A DNA stretch of 64,000 nucleotides from Felis catus (taxonomy: Eukaryota): positions 13,578,001 to 13,642,000 of the forward strand of contig NC_058369.1 in assembly GCF_018350175.1 (NCBI RefSeq), given 5' to 3'. Positions 41,835 to 55,790 of the stretch are shown here, in pieces. The stretch's first letter is position 1, and each line of letters begins with the position of its first letter. The notes under the pieces are model-generated. The model worked only from the letters and a program-made list of their open reading frames with translations. It was not told the origin of the DNA and did not search any database. The translations under genes were made by a program, and so were the position numbers.

Positions 41835-41962
41835 GCATAAAAATAGCTGCCCCCTCTGCGCCTGCCCCCTTCAAGGAGGCATGACGGTGGCTGCAGTGAT
41901 GGGGGATGTGCCAGGAGGAGCATCCGGCAGGGCCCACGTTGCCATGGCGACGCTGACTCAGA
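41835..41962. promoter_or_regulatory. Candidate enhancer core: MEF2-like site, RFX X-box and AP-1 site
   Basis: ATAAAAATAG at 41837-41846, GTTGCCATGGCGAC at 41938-41951, TGACTCA at 41954-41960. Confidence 0.55.
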
Positions 41963-43019
41963 GGCAGAGGCAGGTAGCAGCATCTAGTACCCGCCAGCCC
42001 GCCCCTGGGCTCATGGCACCCTGCCCAACCCCCACCCTCCAGCCTCCACTCTGGGGGACCTCTTTTGAAGCTGAAGAAGGGTGGGTGAGACCCCAGCATG
42101 GCTGGATGAAGTTCTCCACTCACCCCTACCCAATCACCTGCTGGAAGGTAGGAGACGCTATTTTATCACACTAGCCTGGGTACCACATCTTCCTCCTTCA
42201 AGACACTCATCTCCCCATCCATCTGTTTATATGTCCATCCATCCATCCATCCATCCACCCACCCACTCATCTGTCCATCCCTCTATTTACCCATCCACCC
42301 AATATTTATGGAGCCCCTACTATGCGCCCACATTGTTCTCAGCACAGGGCAGTCATCCTCTGCTCCAGCATTCAAGGTATCAGAGAAGGATCTGGGCTGG
42401 GGCGATGCAGGTGACGATGATGAGGCCTCTGTGGCTTCTTGGGCCAAGGCCTTGAGAAGTTGAGGCCCCTTCTCTCCCTCCTGCTCCCAGTCTGTCTCCT
42501 CTACCACTATCTGTTTCAGACTCTATCTCCCCATCCCAGAGTACAGCCCAGACCCTTCCCCAATCCCACCACCTCCAGGCTCCCACCCCTAGACCATGTA
42601 TCCCCTTTCCTCTCTTCCCTCATTTATTCACTCCAGCCACATGAGCCTCTGTGTTTTTCCTCCAACACGCCAGCTTATTCCCACCTCAGGGCCTTTGCAC
42701 ATGTTTTTCTCCCTGCCTGGAAAACCCTTAAGGTCTTTACCTGGCATTTATCTTGTTTATTTCTTGGCTTCCTTATTATCTGTCTCTACGCCCATCTCCA
42801 GAGTATAAAGACTTAAGAGAGAGTCTGGTTCCTTTGGTGTCCTGTCTGCCTATCTCTGCCTTCATTTTGCCCGCTGTGAAATGGACAGATGGGAATGGTG
42901 TTCACAAGTAAGACTTTATAGAGGGGGTTGGGAGTAGGAATTAAGTCCTTAGAACTGTGCCTGGCACAGAGTAAGTGCTCAACTAACATTTCCTTAAAAA
43001 TAGTCCAGGGCGGGGGGGG

Positions 43020-43189
43020 GGGGGGCGCCCTGGGTGGCTCAGTTGGTTAAGTTCCCTACTTCAGCTCAGGTCATGATCTCACACTCCGTGAGTTCGAGCC
43101 CTGCGTCGGGCTCTGTGCTGACAGCTCAGAGCCTGGAGCGTGCTTCGGATTCTGTGTCTCCCTCTCTGTCTGCCCCTCCCCCACTCACG

Positions 43190-43233
<44 letters not shown>

Positions 43234-43255
43234 AATAAACATTAAAAATTTTTTA
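43020..43255 (+). mobile_element. Can-SINE (felid type)
   Basis: Head, long (CT)n tract, A-rich tail; TSD-like atagtcca on both sides. Confidence 0.92.
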
Positions 43256-43261
43256 AAACAT

Positions 43262-43840
43262 AGTCCAAATGTCCATGAGCTGCTGAAAGATAAACAATAT
43301 ATGATCCAGCTATACAATGGAATACGACTCAGCCATAAAAAGGAATGAAGCCCTGATACAGTTACATCGTGGATGAACTTTGAAAGTGTCGTGCTCAGTG
43401 AAAGAAGTCAGACACAAAGGCCACCTGTTGTATGATTTCATTTATATGAAATGTCCAGAGCAGGCAAATCCATAGACCCAGACAGCAGATTAGTGGTTGT
43501 TCAGGGTCTAGGGGAGAGGGAGTGGGAGGTGACTGGTAACCGGACAGGGTTTCTTTTTTTGGGTAATGAAAATGTTCCGGAGGGACGCCTGGGTGGCTCA
43601 GTCGGTTAAAGTGGCCGACTTCGGCTCAGGTCATGATCTCGCGGTTCGCGAGTTCAAGCCCCACATCAGGCTCATTGCTGTCAGCCTGGAGCCTGCTTGG
43701 GATTCCATGTCCCCCTCTCTTTGCCCCTCCCCCGCTTGGTCTCTGTCTCTGTCTCTGTCTCGCTCTCTCAAAAACAAATAAGCATTAAATATAAAATAAA
43801 ATGGTTAATTTTGTGTGAGTGAATCTTACATCAGTAATAA
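43262..43840 (+). mobile_element. L1MB-like 3' end fragment interrupted by a Can-SINE (43582-43800)
   Basis: tacaatggaatac..cagccataaaaaggaatgaag...gaaagaagtcagacacaaaggccac...gcaaatccatagac..agattagtggttg matches the typical old L1 3' end. Confidence 0.8.
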
Positions 43841-45429
43841 TTTTTAAAAGAACATCGGGTGATAACTAAGGAAATCTGAATAAAGTGTGTACTTCAGTTC
43901 ATAACGATCAGCTTACTGCAACTTCAAGATGCCCAGCATGCACTTGCCCTTGAGCCTTCACACCTGCTGTTCCATCTAGCTGGAGGCTCCGGGGGAACCT
44001 AGGAGCTGGATCAGACTCTGGGGTCTGAGCTGCCTTCTAACCATTTGCCGTCCCCCTGCCCCCTCCCCCCCCCTCCTCCAATCACTGGAAAGGTCAGAGT
44101 GCTCGGTGGATAGGGATGATGTTGAGGACATTCCCCTGCCTTTGGAGGGTCAGGCTGCACTCTCCGGGGTGGGGGGGGGAGGGAGAAGGACCTCCAAGCT
44201 AGTGGGGTCCCGCAGCAAGTGGGCAGCAGAGGCAATGGATTCCATCCAGCTGGGGAGCCCTCTCCTGTTTCCAGCTGTCTCATGAACACAAACAGCAAGA
44301 ACCATTTTTTGAATTTTTAAGGAAAGTTGCTGAGTAATGAAGATCTCCCTGGACAGCACTGCTGTGCCCCCAGGCTCCCTCTCCAGGAACTGAGTCTTCT
44401 GGGGTTTGTGGAAAAGACAGCCTTTCCAGAAGCTTCTGAGGAAACCATGTCGAGGCTCTCCATGGCGACAGGGAGAGTGGGAGGGAGGGAGGGAGGCCAC
44501 CTCACCATCATCCACACGCACTTGGACATTTAGGGACATCCCCGAGCCCTGCTTGCCAGGGATACTCAACATGCCAGAGGGGCACAGTGTGGAGGGACAG
44601 GGTCTGGGGGGGGGGGGCCTACAGGGAGGGTTTTCAAAGGAACAGAGAAGGGAATGAGGGAGGGGAAGACGCAGGAGGACGCACTGAGTATTTTTAGGCA
44701 CTGAATGCAGCCCTGAAATATTTCCACGGCCACTCCCCGAGGGTGAGCAGGGTGACTATTTCGGTGCCTGGTTCCAGTGGAGGCGGGACGGACAAGGGTG
44801 AGTCACCGCTGGGTGGCTGGACCCAGACTGGGAGGGGGCTCTTAGGGCAGGACCGGGGGCCTTCCAGGTGACCACTCACCAGCCTGGGCCAGGCAATCAG
44901 TGCTGGCCTCCGGGGCGAGGAGGACGGTGGCCTAGCCAAACCAAGCATGTGGCACCATCGCCAGGGTCCCCCCAGTGAGCTGCTCGGGCTGAGCCCAAGG
45001 CTTATAGAGACGGAGAGGGTCCCAGCAGGAGTTTCCGACACTCTACAGGTGATCGGTGAAGAGTGAAGCTCCCCTCTGAGCCTCATGCAAGTCTGTATGG
45101 AGCGCTTGCTGTATACCAAGCCTCCTTCCCCTTGTAATTGTCCCGACAACCCCTGTGAGGTAGAGACCACTGTGATCCCCTGTGACCAGCAAGGAAGTGG
45201 AGGCACAGTGGGGTAACCCTTGCCAAACATTTGGTGTATCTCGAACCCTTCTGTCGGAGGCAACAGAAGGAGGAGCTTGGAGGAGCCTCTGGAGCTGTGT
45301 GACCTGGGGGCAGGTGGCTCACCCTCTCTGTGCCTGAGTGTGGGAGCTACCTGGCACACACTGGATTGTTTTTAGGATCACGGCTTGGGTCTGATGACTC
45401 CTTTTTTTTTTTTTTTTAATGCTTTTTCA

Positions 45430-45655
45430 AAAAAAATTTTTTTTTATTTACAGAGAGAGAGAGAGAGCACACACATAAGCACATGTGCTGGGGGTGGGGG
45501 TGGGGGCGGGTAGGGAGGGACAGAGAATCCCAAGCAGGCTCTGCACTGTCAGCACAGAGCCTGACGAGGGGCTCGAACTCAAAAACCATGAGAGATCATG
45601 ACCTGAGCTGAAATCAAGACTTGGGCATTTAACCAGCCGAGCCACCCAGGCACCC
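45430..45655 (-). mobile_element. Can-SINE
   Basis: gagaatcccaagcaggctctgcactgtcagcacagagcc...gccacccaggcacccc. Confidence 0.9.
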
Positions 45656-45920
45656 GGGGTCTGATAACTCCTGACCTCATCTCTGCCCGGCCGTGACAAG
45701 CCACATAAGCTTGGGGGGCTTTTCACTTGCGGTTCCCTCCACCTGTTCCCTCCTCTCTTCCCGTGGACAGTGGCTTCTTGACCTTCGGGAGTGGATTTGA
45801 ACATGCCTCCCTCGGTGAGGCCACCCCTTCCTCTCTGGAAATCTTCAATTCCAGCATCCTGGCGTTCCTAAGGAAAGACGAACCCTTCTGCCTGGGCCCT
45901 CATGGCACCCCTGCCCCCTC

Positions 45921-46133
45921 TTTTTTTTTTTAGCATTTTATTTATTTTTGAGACGGGGAGACACAGAGCATGAACGGGGGAGGGTCAGAGAGAGAGGAAG
46001 ACACAGACCGAAACAGGCTCCAGGCTCTGAGCTGTCAGCACAGAGCCCGACGCGGGGCTCGAACTCACAGACCGTGAGATCATGACCTGAGCCGAAGTCG
46101 GACACTTAACCGACTGAGCCACCCAGGCGCCCC
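45921..46133 (-). mobile_element. Can-SINE (felid type)
   Basis: Complete reverse-complement body; TSD-like gccccctctttt. Confidence 0.92.
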
Positions 46134-48957
46134 CCCCCGCCCCCTCTTTTACCACGTCTGTGACCTCTACTGTGGGCCGAGCCCCCAGCACCAACCTCCT
46201 CCTAGTCTCCTGGCTTCCGCTCTTGTCTCGGTCTGTTCCAGAACCCTCTGTGCCTCCCATCTTGCTCAGGGCCTGCACCTGCCCCACTTCCTACCCCCTC
46301 ACTTTGTTCTCGTCACCACTCTGTGCAGGGCCTTTGCACTGGCACAGGCCTTTCCCCTTGTCTGAAATGCTCTTCCCCTCGATGGCTCGCTCCCTTGGCT
46401 TCCTCCTTTTCTGGAATGTCACCCTCTGGCCACCTTTCTCCCACTCTTGCTCTCTTTTTCTCCACGCTGATGCATTCGGCTTGTTTGTTGCTCGCTCACT
46501 CTGTGGAAGGTAAGGGCCACCGGGCCAGGGCTCTTTGCCTCATTCATGCTGAGTGTCCAGCAATCGGGACGGGGTGGTGGCCCCAGTTCCTCCGCCTCCA
46601 GGCCAGCCCCCTGCTCCACTGAGGCGGGCAGCTTCTCCCAGAGGTCCTGTGAGCGGACATCAGCCCCACTCCTATACCCCTTACTGGCCAGGTGTCCTCA
46701 GAGGGACAGTGGAAGACACCAGGGCACTCGCTGAGCCACTGGACACACACACACTGCTGATACCAGGACAGGCTGGGGGCCCTAGGGTCCAGACGGATGG
46801 GTGGGGAGGACACTTGTCCTCATGCTCCCGTGGACGCAGCGGGCACAGGGAAGGGCTTCCCCGCGGAGCTGCTCTTGAAGCAGCATGAGGCCCCACCGAG
46901 AAGGTGTTGGGGGGGGTGGTGTGCAGACAGGGGTGGCGCAGGAAGCAAGAGAGATGCCCCCCCTTCCCCCCGCCCGCTGCCGCCTTGTGGGACGGATGCT
47001 TCGGGTTGCTGGCCACATCCGTGTCCCCCAGATGGACTCTTGGCCCCAAGTCAGGCAAGCAGGGGCCAGGGCCGTCAAGGCTGGCCCTGCAGGGCTTGGG
47101 CTCCAGGCTGAGTCACACCTCCGCTCAGATGGGAACTGGAGCAAACGCCAGGGGTAGGAGGTCCTTGGTTCTTGGGAACCGGGAACAACCTACGTTGAAG
47201 GCGTCCTACTTGCCCCGAGTCACGCACCGGTCAGCTGACGAGGGCTCAGGTCCCAGCCGACAACCATCAGAGGAGTGGAAAAATCGAGGCCCACTGCTTA
47301 GGATCTAGACGGGCTCTTTTGGTTTCTCTTCTTGTTGAGGGGGCCGAGGCTGGTTTCTCGAAACCAACCGGGAAGCTTTGAAAAACGGGGCCGTCCCGAC
47401 AGCCAGCTCAAAAAGACAGAACCTTCCGGAAACCCACTGCACCTAAGCGGACTGGGCTGATGAGGCGGCTCACGTCACGGGAGGGCGAGGAGGGGACTGG
47501 GCTGCAAGCCCGGGCTGCCTGGCTGGAAAGGTCAGGGCCGGCTGGCATGTCTGGCGACACACGCGGGAAGCCGCGATTACGCAGGCTGGCTCCGGTGCCG
47601 GCGCTGAGCCCCAGCGCAGAACCGTGGGGGGGGGGGGGGGGAGGGAGAGCCTGGGCCCAAGACCCTGAACTGTGAAAGGCGTTCTCGTTCTCGGGCAGGG
47701 CTAGGTTAGGGGAGGAAAAACCAAACTGCTAGAAGCAGGAAGGGGCGGGGACTCCAAAGGGCTTCCCATTCGCAGCCTTGCTGGACACCTGACCCCAGCT
47801 TTCATCAAAGCCTCTCCAGACGGGGCCCCACAGGCTTTTATGGGCCTGTGAGTCCGGGGGCCATGGGGGAGGGGAGCTGAGAACCCGGCCATCTCCCTTC
47901 CCACCGGTCCTTCTGGCTCCTGCCCCCACCCCCCACCCCCAGCCCGCAGCCCACGTCTCTGAGGGATGTGATCTCTCTGGGCCTGGGGCTTTGCCAGGCG
48001 CCCCCGGGTTCCACTCTGCCTCCATGCCCTGTCCCCCGTCCGCGCCAGAGTGCTGCTTTGACGCTCGACACATATTCGGGCTGCAGCAGGTCCCACGAGG
48101 GGCGCCCGAGGGAAAAGCAATGGTGGTGGCCTGGGGCAGGGCAAGAGCACATCTTGAGACGGGCTGAGGAGTCTCGGATGTGGCTACCTGCGAGACTGCC
48201 TGGCTAGCCCTCGGCAGCTCCAACCCGTGAAGTTCTGTCTCCGGCAGCACCTTGGATGCCGATCACCCCCGGGGAACGGGTCTCGACACGGTGACGATGA
48301 GAACCCGCTCTGGTGGGAAGCGGCTGGTGCCCCGTCTTGCCTCCCAGCACCAGGCTGTCCCGCGGTTCCCCTCAGTTGTAACAACAAGGAAAATCAGTCC
48401 GCTGACAATGGCACAGAAGCATTTTACAAAAGTGCTGGCTCAACATCCCAGGCAGATCACGTCTGTGCCCCAGCTTGGGAGAAGAGATAAGAGCCTCATG
48501 ACAAGGTTCCTCTCGCGTTGCTGGAGGCAGCCGCAGCCGCTCGTCACTGTTTCTCTCAGTGAACCTGGTGTGAATGGTGCTTACAGAGCAGGGGCGGAGG
48601 GCAGGACACTGGTGGCAAGGATGGGCTGCGTGGGCATCACGCTGGCCCCTCCCTGGGACTTCGCTCCCCCCCCTTCCCCGCATCACCTCTCTCCGCAAAG
48701 GGGCCCAGGGATGACAGGCAGACCTGGTGCTGGAGGGCCACTCCCACCGCCCGGACAACAGCCACCTCTTTCTTAAAAGGACATCATGGGACACGGAACC
48801 AGTGTCCTGTTGAAATACTTCCCCTTGGCGAGACAGGCAGCAACCCTCGAAAGGAAACTTCTTTTATGGGGCTGTGATTTCCTGAGGATACCACACTCTA
48901 GATGTGCCCAATGGCTCAAAAGGAATTAGGAATTTGCAGTTGGTAGTTGTACTTGTT

Positions 48958-48963
48958 TTTATT
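48958..48963 (-). terminator. Candidate LSM4 polyadenylation signal
   Basis: AATAAA on the minus strand about 570 nt after the LSM4 stop. Confidence 0.55.
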
Positions 48964-49534
48964 TTTGTAACACAAACAGGGAGAGAGGAGGCAAAGGGGC
49001 AGGGCGCAGCAACGTCCCAGGAACAGCTTCTGTGGCGGCATACGTTCCTACGTATTTGTTTTCAAAAGGCAGTTCTGAGGTCCGTGTTTCAGGAAACTCC
49101 CAAGGCTGTCAATCTCAGTGCAAACAGCTTAAAATAAAAACCTCCGGTCTGTTCACCACAGGAGGATCCAACTCAAAATGCAAAATAAGCCTGTTTGGAA
49201 AGCGCCCGCCCTCAAAACAAGAGCGAGGGCTTTAAAGACATATTAAACACAGAATCTTCCAGGAATCGAGTCAGCTGCGGCATCACAGAACCAAAAACAC
49301 CAAATAACATATCCAACTGTAGAACTGCTGGCTTTAAAAAATAAAGGGGTTGGGGGGGGACTTACGTAAAAAGGATCACAAAATGACAGACGGGGAGGGA
49401 CGGGGGCTCTTCCCCAACACCTGCCTCTTCTTTTTGCTCTGAACACGCTCCCGAATCGGAGAGCAGGACCGCAGCGTCAGGGAGCGGCAACAGATGCTCA
49501 GGGGCAGCTCAGTCTCGGGGGGACGAGGGGCGGC

Positions 49535-49626
49535 TCACTGTTTGCCCGCCTGTCTGCCCGGCTTCTTTTCCGGCTGACCTCTGCCTGTGCCTGGGATCCC
49601 ACCTCGGCCCCGGCCACCAAACACAC
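49535..49626 (-). CDS. LSM4: LSM4 exon 5 (RG-rich C-terminus)
   Basis: Acceptor tttcacAG|; (G)VFGGRGRGGIPGTGRGQPEKKPGRQAGKQ*. The five exons sum to 3+42+99+184+92 = 420 nt = 139 aa. Confidence 0.95.
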
Positions 49627-51445
49627 CTGTGAAAACAGAGGAGGGGGCTGCAGCAGACCCAGGTCTGGAAGTCCAGCTGAGACGTGGGGTGGTGCTCCAG
49701 AAAGTTCTCAGTGTTGACGAGGGACAAGACCAGCTCCCCAGGGGTACGAGGGATGGCAGGGAGGACAGAGGTCAGCTCCCACTCACACGGGGGCTTGGGG
49801 CAGGCTTCCTGGGAGAGGGCCTGGGGCCAGGGTAGGGGGGAGTCATCAAAAGGACAGAGCCAGATGGCTTCCAGGAGGAGGGGAGCGAGAGCCCGAACAG
49901 GGACAGCACTCAGCCCAGGGGGAGGGGCACAGGCCCCCAGATCTGAGGACCCAGGCTTCTCTTTCCCGGCACCGCCCACACCCACTGGCCCAGGAGAGAA
50001 ACCGTTGGGAGATTCTGTGTGTCCAGCCTGGGGGCGGGGATAAGGGAGTTCTCTGCCCTCTAACCCCCGCTGGCCAGTGATGGGGCTGTGTTTCTAAGAC
50101 ATTTTATGTGGAGCCCGAGGTAGGAGCTGTGTAGGAGGCTGAGTAGTCAGGGATAGAACACAACCCCACCCAGGGAGGACCCGGAAGGACCAGGGCAGCA
50201 TGGGGACACAGAAAGGTGCCCACAGTCCCCCTTCCACCACAAACCCACAGCGGGCCCTACAGGGACTGACGCCAATGCCCGCAGAAGCTGCCTCTCCTCA
50301 CCTCTCACGGGCAAGACCAGCTCTGCCACACACCGTGAGATTTCCAGCTGCCGCCGAGGGTCCCATGGCCTCTCTCTTCAGAGTGGCCCAAGGAATTACT
50401 CCTCCCTCAGTCTCTGCTCCTCTGGGCAGCTCACTCAACAGTGGTGGCCCTCAGCACGAAGAGCCAGCCCCCAGGTACAGAAAAGGCCTAGTTCACCCCC
50501 AAGGCCTCGGTAACCCTCCATCTGGAGTGCCCTCTCGGCCTCCTCCCTCTGGCTCACTCCTGATGATCACGGGAGCCTCGAGGCTCCGGGCTGACTCTGT
50601 CCGTCCTGGCCCTGCCTGTGAGCCCCGGGGTGTGTGGGGGGGGACCTAGGCCTGGCACACAGAAGGCCCCTACAGATGGAAGAGACAAAGCCAGGGCCCT
50701 CCAACAAGAGGAGTGAGTGGGGGGTGGGGGGTCTGCAGATGGCCTCTGGGCTCAGGCCCCAGCTGACTGCACAACAAATTGAATTTTAAGCCAGATTTAT
50801 AATCCCGGGGTTGGGGGTAGGGTGAGGGGAGTCCATCAAAAAGGCATGAACTCTTCCTTGTATAAAGGAGAGACAGCAGGGAAGGGTCTCACGCGAGGCC
50901 CTGAGCTGGGATTCTCACCAGCAGCCTGGTGAGGCAGGGGCCCCCAGACTCTCTGCAGAGGGGAACCTGAAGCTGGGGAGGTGCCTCGCCATGCCCAGAG
51001 CACCTGCCAGGACCCACAGGTGGGCATCAGACGAGGGCTCAAGTCCCAGGTCAGCACAGGCACCGCATCAGTCGGCTGGGCTGGACCCAGAGTTAAGGGA
51101 GCACAGATGACTGCTGCTGGGCAGAAGGGCCCAGGTCGGGGAGGAGGGGGGTCAGCACCACCCACCAGGACTACACGATGCTCCTTGGGTTGGGCCTGTG
51201 GGGCTGGGGCAGGCAGCAAACAGCAGCACCAGGAGAGCCCTGTGAGTCATGACCCCCAGCTCTACGTAGGGGGGGCTCAGAGCCAGGCCTGTGGCACCGT
51301 GACGGCACCACCCAAGAATGTCAACACTGGGACGGGATGGCTGACACGTGCTGCTGCAGCCACCCTTCAGCCGCAAGGCCCGGGCAGACCCCGTGGCCTA
51401 GCCAGCTGGAGGGGTCGGGGGGAATGAGGGGAGAGAAAGGCCTAC

Positions 51446-51629
51446 CTCGCCCAGCACCCCCCATGCCTCGACCCTTCTGCTGCTTCTGCTGCTGCAGGCC
51501 ACCGCGGCCACGGCCCTTGGCCACCACCTCCTCCTTGACCATGTCGATGATCTCATCAGGTATGCGCAGGTACTTGATCGTGCTGCCACGGATGTAGCAC
51601 TCGGGCATCCGCCAAAACTTGTCCCCATC
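51446..51629 (-). CDS. LSM4: LSM4 exon 4 (Sm2 motif, start of RG repeats)
   Basis: [61 protein letters not shown]; AG/GT boundaries. Confidence 0.96.
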
Positions 51630-54628
51630 CTGTGTGAGAGAAGGGGGAGTCTCAGATCTGGGGAGCATGGGGGGAGTGCCTGCAGAGGGGGTGCAGATGG
51701 CCAGGGCACATCTGTGCCTCATGTCCCCATTCCCACCTGGGCCACAGTCCTAGCCTCCCTGCACCTGCAATCACCCCTGCGTAGTTCTCAGTCCTGGATT
51801 TGACGTGGGGGTGGGGGAGCTGCCTTCCAGTGGAATCTCTCCAGACCCTTGGTATCCCTTTATACAGGAAGAGTCAGGGGACCACATGAGATAGCTTCTT
51901 CATTCTCGACCTGTCCTCCAGTGTGGGACAGGGTTTGTTACCTGCGGCCCACAGCCCAGAGAAGGCTGTGGCCCTACGTACCAGGCACTGCCACAGCCTG
52001 GCCATGGCCCAGCCCCTCCACTCTCCTGCCCCCAGCCTTCTAGAACCCACCTTCTGGAACCCTCTCCTCCTGCCCTGACTCACTCATTCATCCACATGTC
52101 TCCTGACAGGCTCTGAGCTGGGTGTGGGACACAAGTAAGTGGGATAGAGACTCTGTGTGACCGGTGAAGAGGGCGGGAGGGGGTGGCAAGGCTGGCCAGA
52201 GGCGGCAACCAATGATGCCAGTTTTCAGAGGAGCTAATTAAGGCTGGAGAGATTAGGAGGCTTGCAAAGTCACAGACTCCGGAGCAATGCCAACGCTGCA
52301 GGTCCTAGGATGTCAACTGCCTCCCCCCGCCCCTCCCCGCCCCGTACCCTGTGACCAGCACAAGGCCTTGCTCCACACCCCCTCCTGTTGCCCTTGGGCA
52401 GGAGCCCAGGGCCTCTTCCTTCAGATTAGTTCTCCAGCCCCACCCCTGGTACCCTGAGCCAGAAGTCTTGGCAGCCCTCTCCTCCCTGCACATCCCTAGA
52501 AATCAGACCAAGACACTTCCCTTCTCAGAACCCAATCAGGGCCCCCTTGGCCCGAGGACAAGGTCCAAACTCCTCAGTGTGGCTCCCAAGGGCCTGAGAT
52601 CTAGCCCCACCCTGGCTGCCCTCTCTCAGCTCTCGATGACGTGCCTTCCAGATGGAAACTTCTGGAACACACAGTGGGCTTCTTGCCTCTAGCACTTTGC
52701 ACATGCTGTTCCCACTTTTCCATGTCTGGCTAACTCTGACCCCCGACAGGCCTTGCTTCCCAGCCTCCTCGAAACCCCCAGTCCTCATGCATAACACTTC
52801 CCAGCAGTGCCTGGGTCAGGCCGGTCTGGCCCAGTGGAAGTACTCAACACGACAAATGGAAAACTAAGGGCCAAAAGGAATGTCTGGGGGCCAACTCTTC
52901 CCAGGAGTGTGCACAAGCCCCCAACCCGCACAGGAATCCCACGAGGTCTCGGGGCACTCCTCTCCCAGGAAAGGTAGGCCAGGGGCCAAGTCCGCAGGGA
53001 TGCAAAGTACAGCCTGACAGAAACAGAATGATTCCATGGAAGCTCAGGGCTGGGACTGGCTGCTCAGGGCTCAGCTTTCCCTTAGCCAAGGACGGGCTGG
53101 GCCCAGCACACTCCCTGCAGGAACCAGAGCTTACTCTGCATTCCCTGGCAAGAGCTGAGCAGCCTGAGCTGAAACCACCCTCCAACCAACCTTAGCTTTC
53201 CAGTGCTTTCTTGGCCCCTGGGCTGTCTGTATCCTGCCCATGCTGCCTGCTGCCCAAGGGAGGTGCTGCTACCACATGTTGTACAGATGAGGATGCCGGA
53301 GAGCCCAAGTGACACTGAACCTCACACCGGCCTCTCTTTCCAACCAGTAGATACAAAGGGAGGACGACCCAGGAGGACCCACAGGTCCAGTCTCTGCTGG
53401 CGGTGGAGGTCAAGGCTGACCTTGCCCTGAGAACTGGCGGTTGCTTCCAGGCCCCAGCAGTGGACACAGACCTACTGGCCACGTGCTCGGCTATGCACTG
53501 TGACAGCGTCTGCTATAGCCACACTGGAACTGCCCAGACACCTGCTGTCAGAAGAGCGGCACAAAAACCCGGAGAAAGTTTCTAGCGGGACACCTCCCAC
53601 AATGTACCATCACAAGAAGCAGGGCACAGAGCCACACAGGTGAGGGGAGACGGTCACACTTACCACTTTGCCTGCCGGGGTGTGAACCATCCAGGAGGAC
53701 GGCCCAGGGGCAAGACGGGCTGCCTAGTGCTCTGCTGTACTCTGGGATGGCAAGCCTCAGGGGCACCTGCCCACGGGCTCCAGGCAGCCCCATTCTGGAT
53801 GGTCCCCCTGCACCTTCCTCCCCTGTAACATAGGGGGCTGTTGCCAAAACGGGGATGGAGACTGGAATCGAGGCAGAAGGAAAGCCCTGGCAAACCCCAA
53901 CACAGGTTAGCAGTAGAGAGCCCTGCCTTCACCACTATCATCATTCTCAATGCTCTGTGGGTCATCCTGAGAGCTGGGGAGGCCTGTGACCCCAGACCTC
54001 CAGTCCTGGCCCATCCAGGGGTCCTCCTGGCCCTGTACTTCCTGGTTTGAGGCCTTGGGAGGTAAACAAGTTTCCTAGTCCACAGGGCCACAGGGCTGCC
54101 CTCGCCCCCTGGTGGCCTGGATATCCCATGGCCACATCACCCTGGCCTGCTTGGCAAGAGATCTACACAACCAGGACCAAAGGCAGCAGAGGCTGACGAG
54201 GAAGGTCAGGTTTGCCTTGGAGGCCACTGCCCTACCTGGACACTAGGGATCTGTAGCCAGAAGCGCCCCCTAGGCCTAAGTCCTTCTTGTTTAGGATGGG
54301 CACCAGAGGTGGGGGGAGGGGGCAGCGTCCCCCTAGGTGCAAAGTCCGGGGCACCAGGTGGAGTTGGAGGCCCACACATCTGCCCCCCCCCCACACCTGG
54401 ACCAGTCACTCGGGCCCCGCCCTTCCTAAGCCCGACTTCTTCCACAGCCTTACCCTGGCGGGATGACCTGGCAGATGTCATCCCACAAGGGCAGGGAGGG
54501 GCCTTCAGTCCCCTGAGGGCGCCGAGGCTCTATAAGCCCCAGATCTTATACAGCCTGGCCCTGCCTGACCAGCTGTGCCAGAAGGCACCCAGGCAGTGGG
54601 CGCAGACTCAGGGCACGAGGGCACTCAC

Positions 54629-54727
54629 CCTGGATGTGCAGATCACCTCTCGAAGGTTAATGTTCATCCAGTTATCACAGCTCACCAGGTGCCCATTGTA
54701 TGTCTCTCCATTTTTGAGTTCCACCAG
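54629..54727 (-). CDS. LSM4: LSM4 exon 3 (Sm1 motif)
   Basis: [33 protein letters not shown]; tttccAG| acceptor and |GTGAGT donor. Confidence 0.96.
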
Positions 54728-55007
54728 CTGGAAAGAAACGGCCCCAAGTCAGCCATGGGCCCCAAGGGAAGCGCAGCCCTACTTCTAAGAGCTACGGGAC
54801 TATGGCCCGGGCCTCATTCTGACACATCCTAGCACCTCTTGGGACCCAGCAGCCACAGCACATGGTGCCTAACATGGTCCACACACACACATCCCCACCC
54901 CCTGACCCCCGGCCTCAGTGGCCCATCTTACAGGCGACATGTTTTACATCCTCTGTATGTTTTGCTGGGCATCGTGGACTTCTATGATAAAACCAAAAAA
55001 AAAAAAA

Positions 55008-55790
55008 TTTTTTTTTAAGGTTTATTTATTTTTGACAGAGACAGAGTGCAAGCATGAGCTGGGGAGGTGCAGAGAGAAGAGAGAGGGAGACACAGAATCC
55101 GAAGCAGGCTCCAGGCTCCGAGCCGTCAGCACAGAGCCCGATGCGGGGCTCGAACCCACGAACCGTGAGATCATGACTTGGGCCAAAGTCGGACGCTTAA
55201 GCGGCTGAGCCACCCAGGTGCCCCAAAACCAATTTTTTTGTGCAAAGCAAACAAACAAAAAAACAGAAAACAAAAACCAAACAAACCCACAAAAAATCCT
55301 CTACAAATCTTTCTTTAATGGAACCATCGAGGTTTGGGTAACAGTGGCCACTGATTCATGACAGCTGGGAAGGCACACCTCAGCTGGTCCGGGCAGGTGT
55401 GCCAGGGGCAGGTGTTCTTTGATGGCACATGTGTGAGCTTTGGTGGTCTGGAAAGTCTTTTTCCATCCAACGCTTACTTACTCGTCTATTTTATTTTATT
55501 TTATTTTATTTATTTATTTTTAAAGCTTTCTTTTTTAAAAATTTTATTTTGTGTTTTTTATTTTTTTTTTAACATTTATTTATTATTGAGAGACAGAGAG
55601 AGACAGAGCATGAGCAGGGAAGGGGCAGAGAGAGAGAGAGAGAGAGAGAGGAAGACACAGAATCCGAAGCAGGCTCCAGGCTCTGAGCTGTCAGCACAGG
55701 GCCCGACGCGGGGCTCGAACTCACGAACCGTGAGATCACGACCTGAGCTGAAGTAGGACGCTTAACTGACTGAGCCACCCAGGCGCCCCC
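55008..55790 (-). mobile_element. Two Can-SINEs in LSM4 intron 2 (55008-55224 and 55490-55788)
   Basis: Complete reverse-complement bodies; the second has TSD ttactcgtctatttta and an expanded (ATTTT)n tail. Confidence 0.9.
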
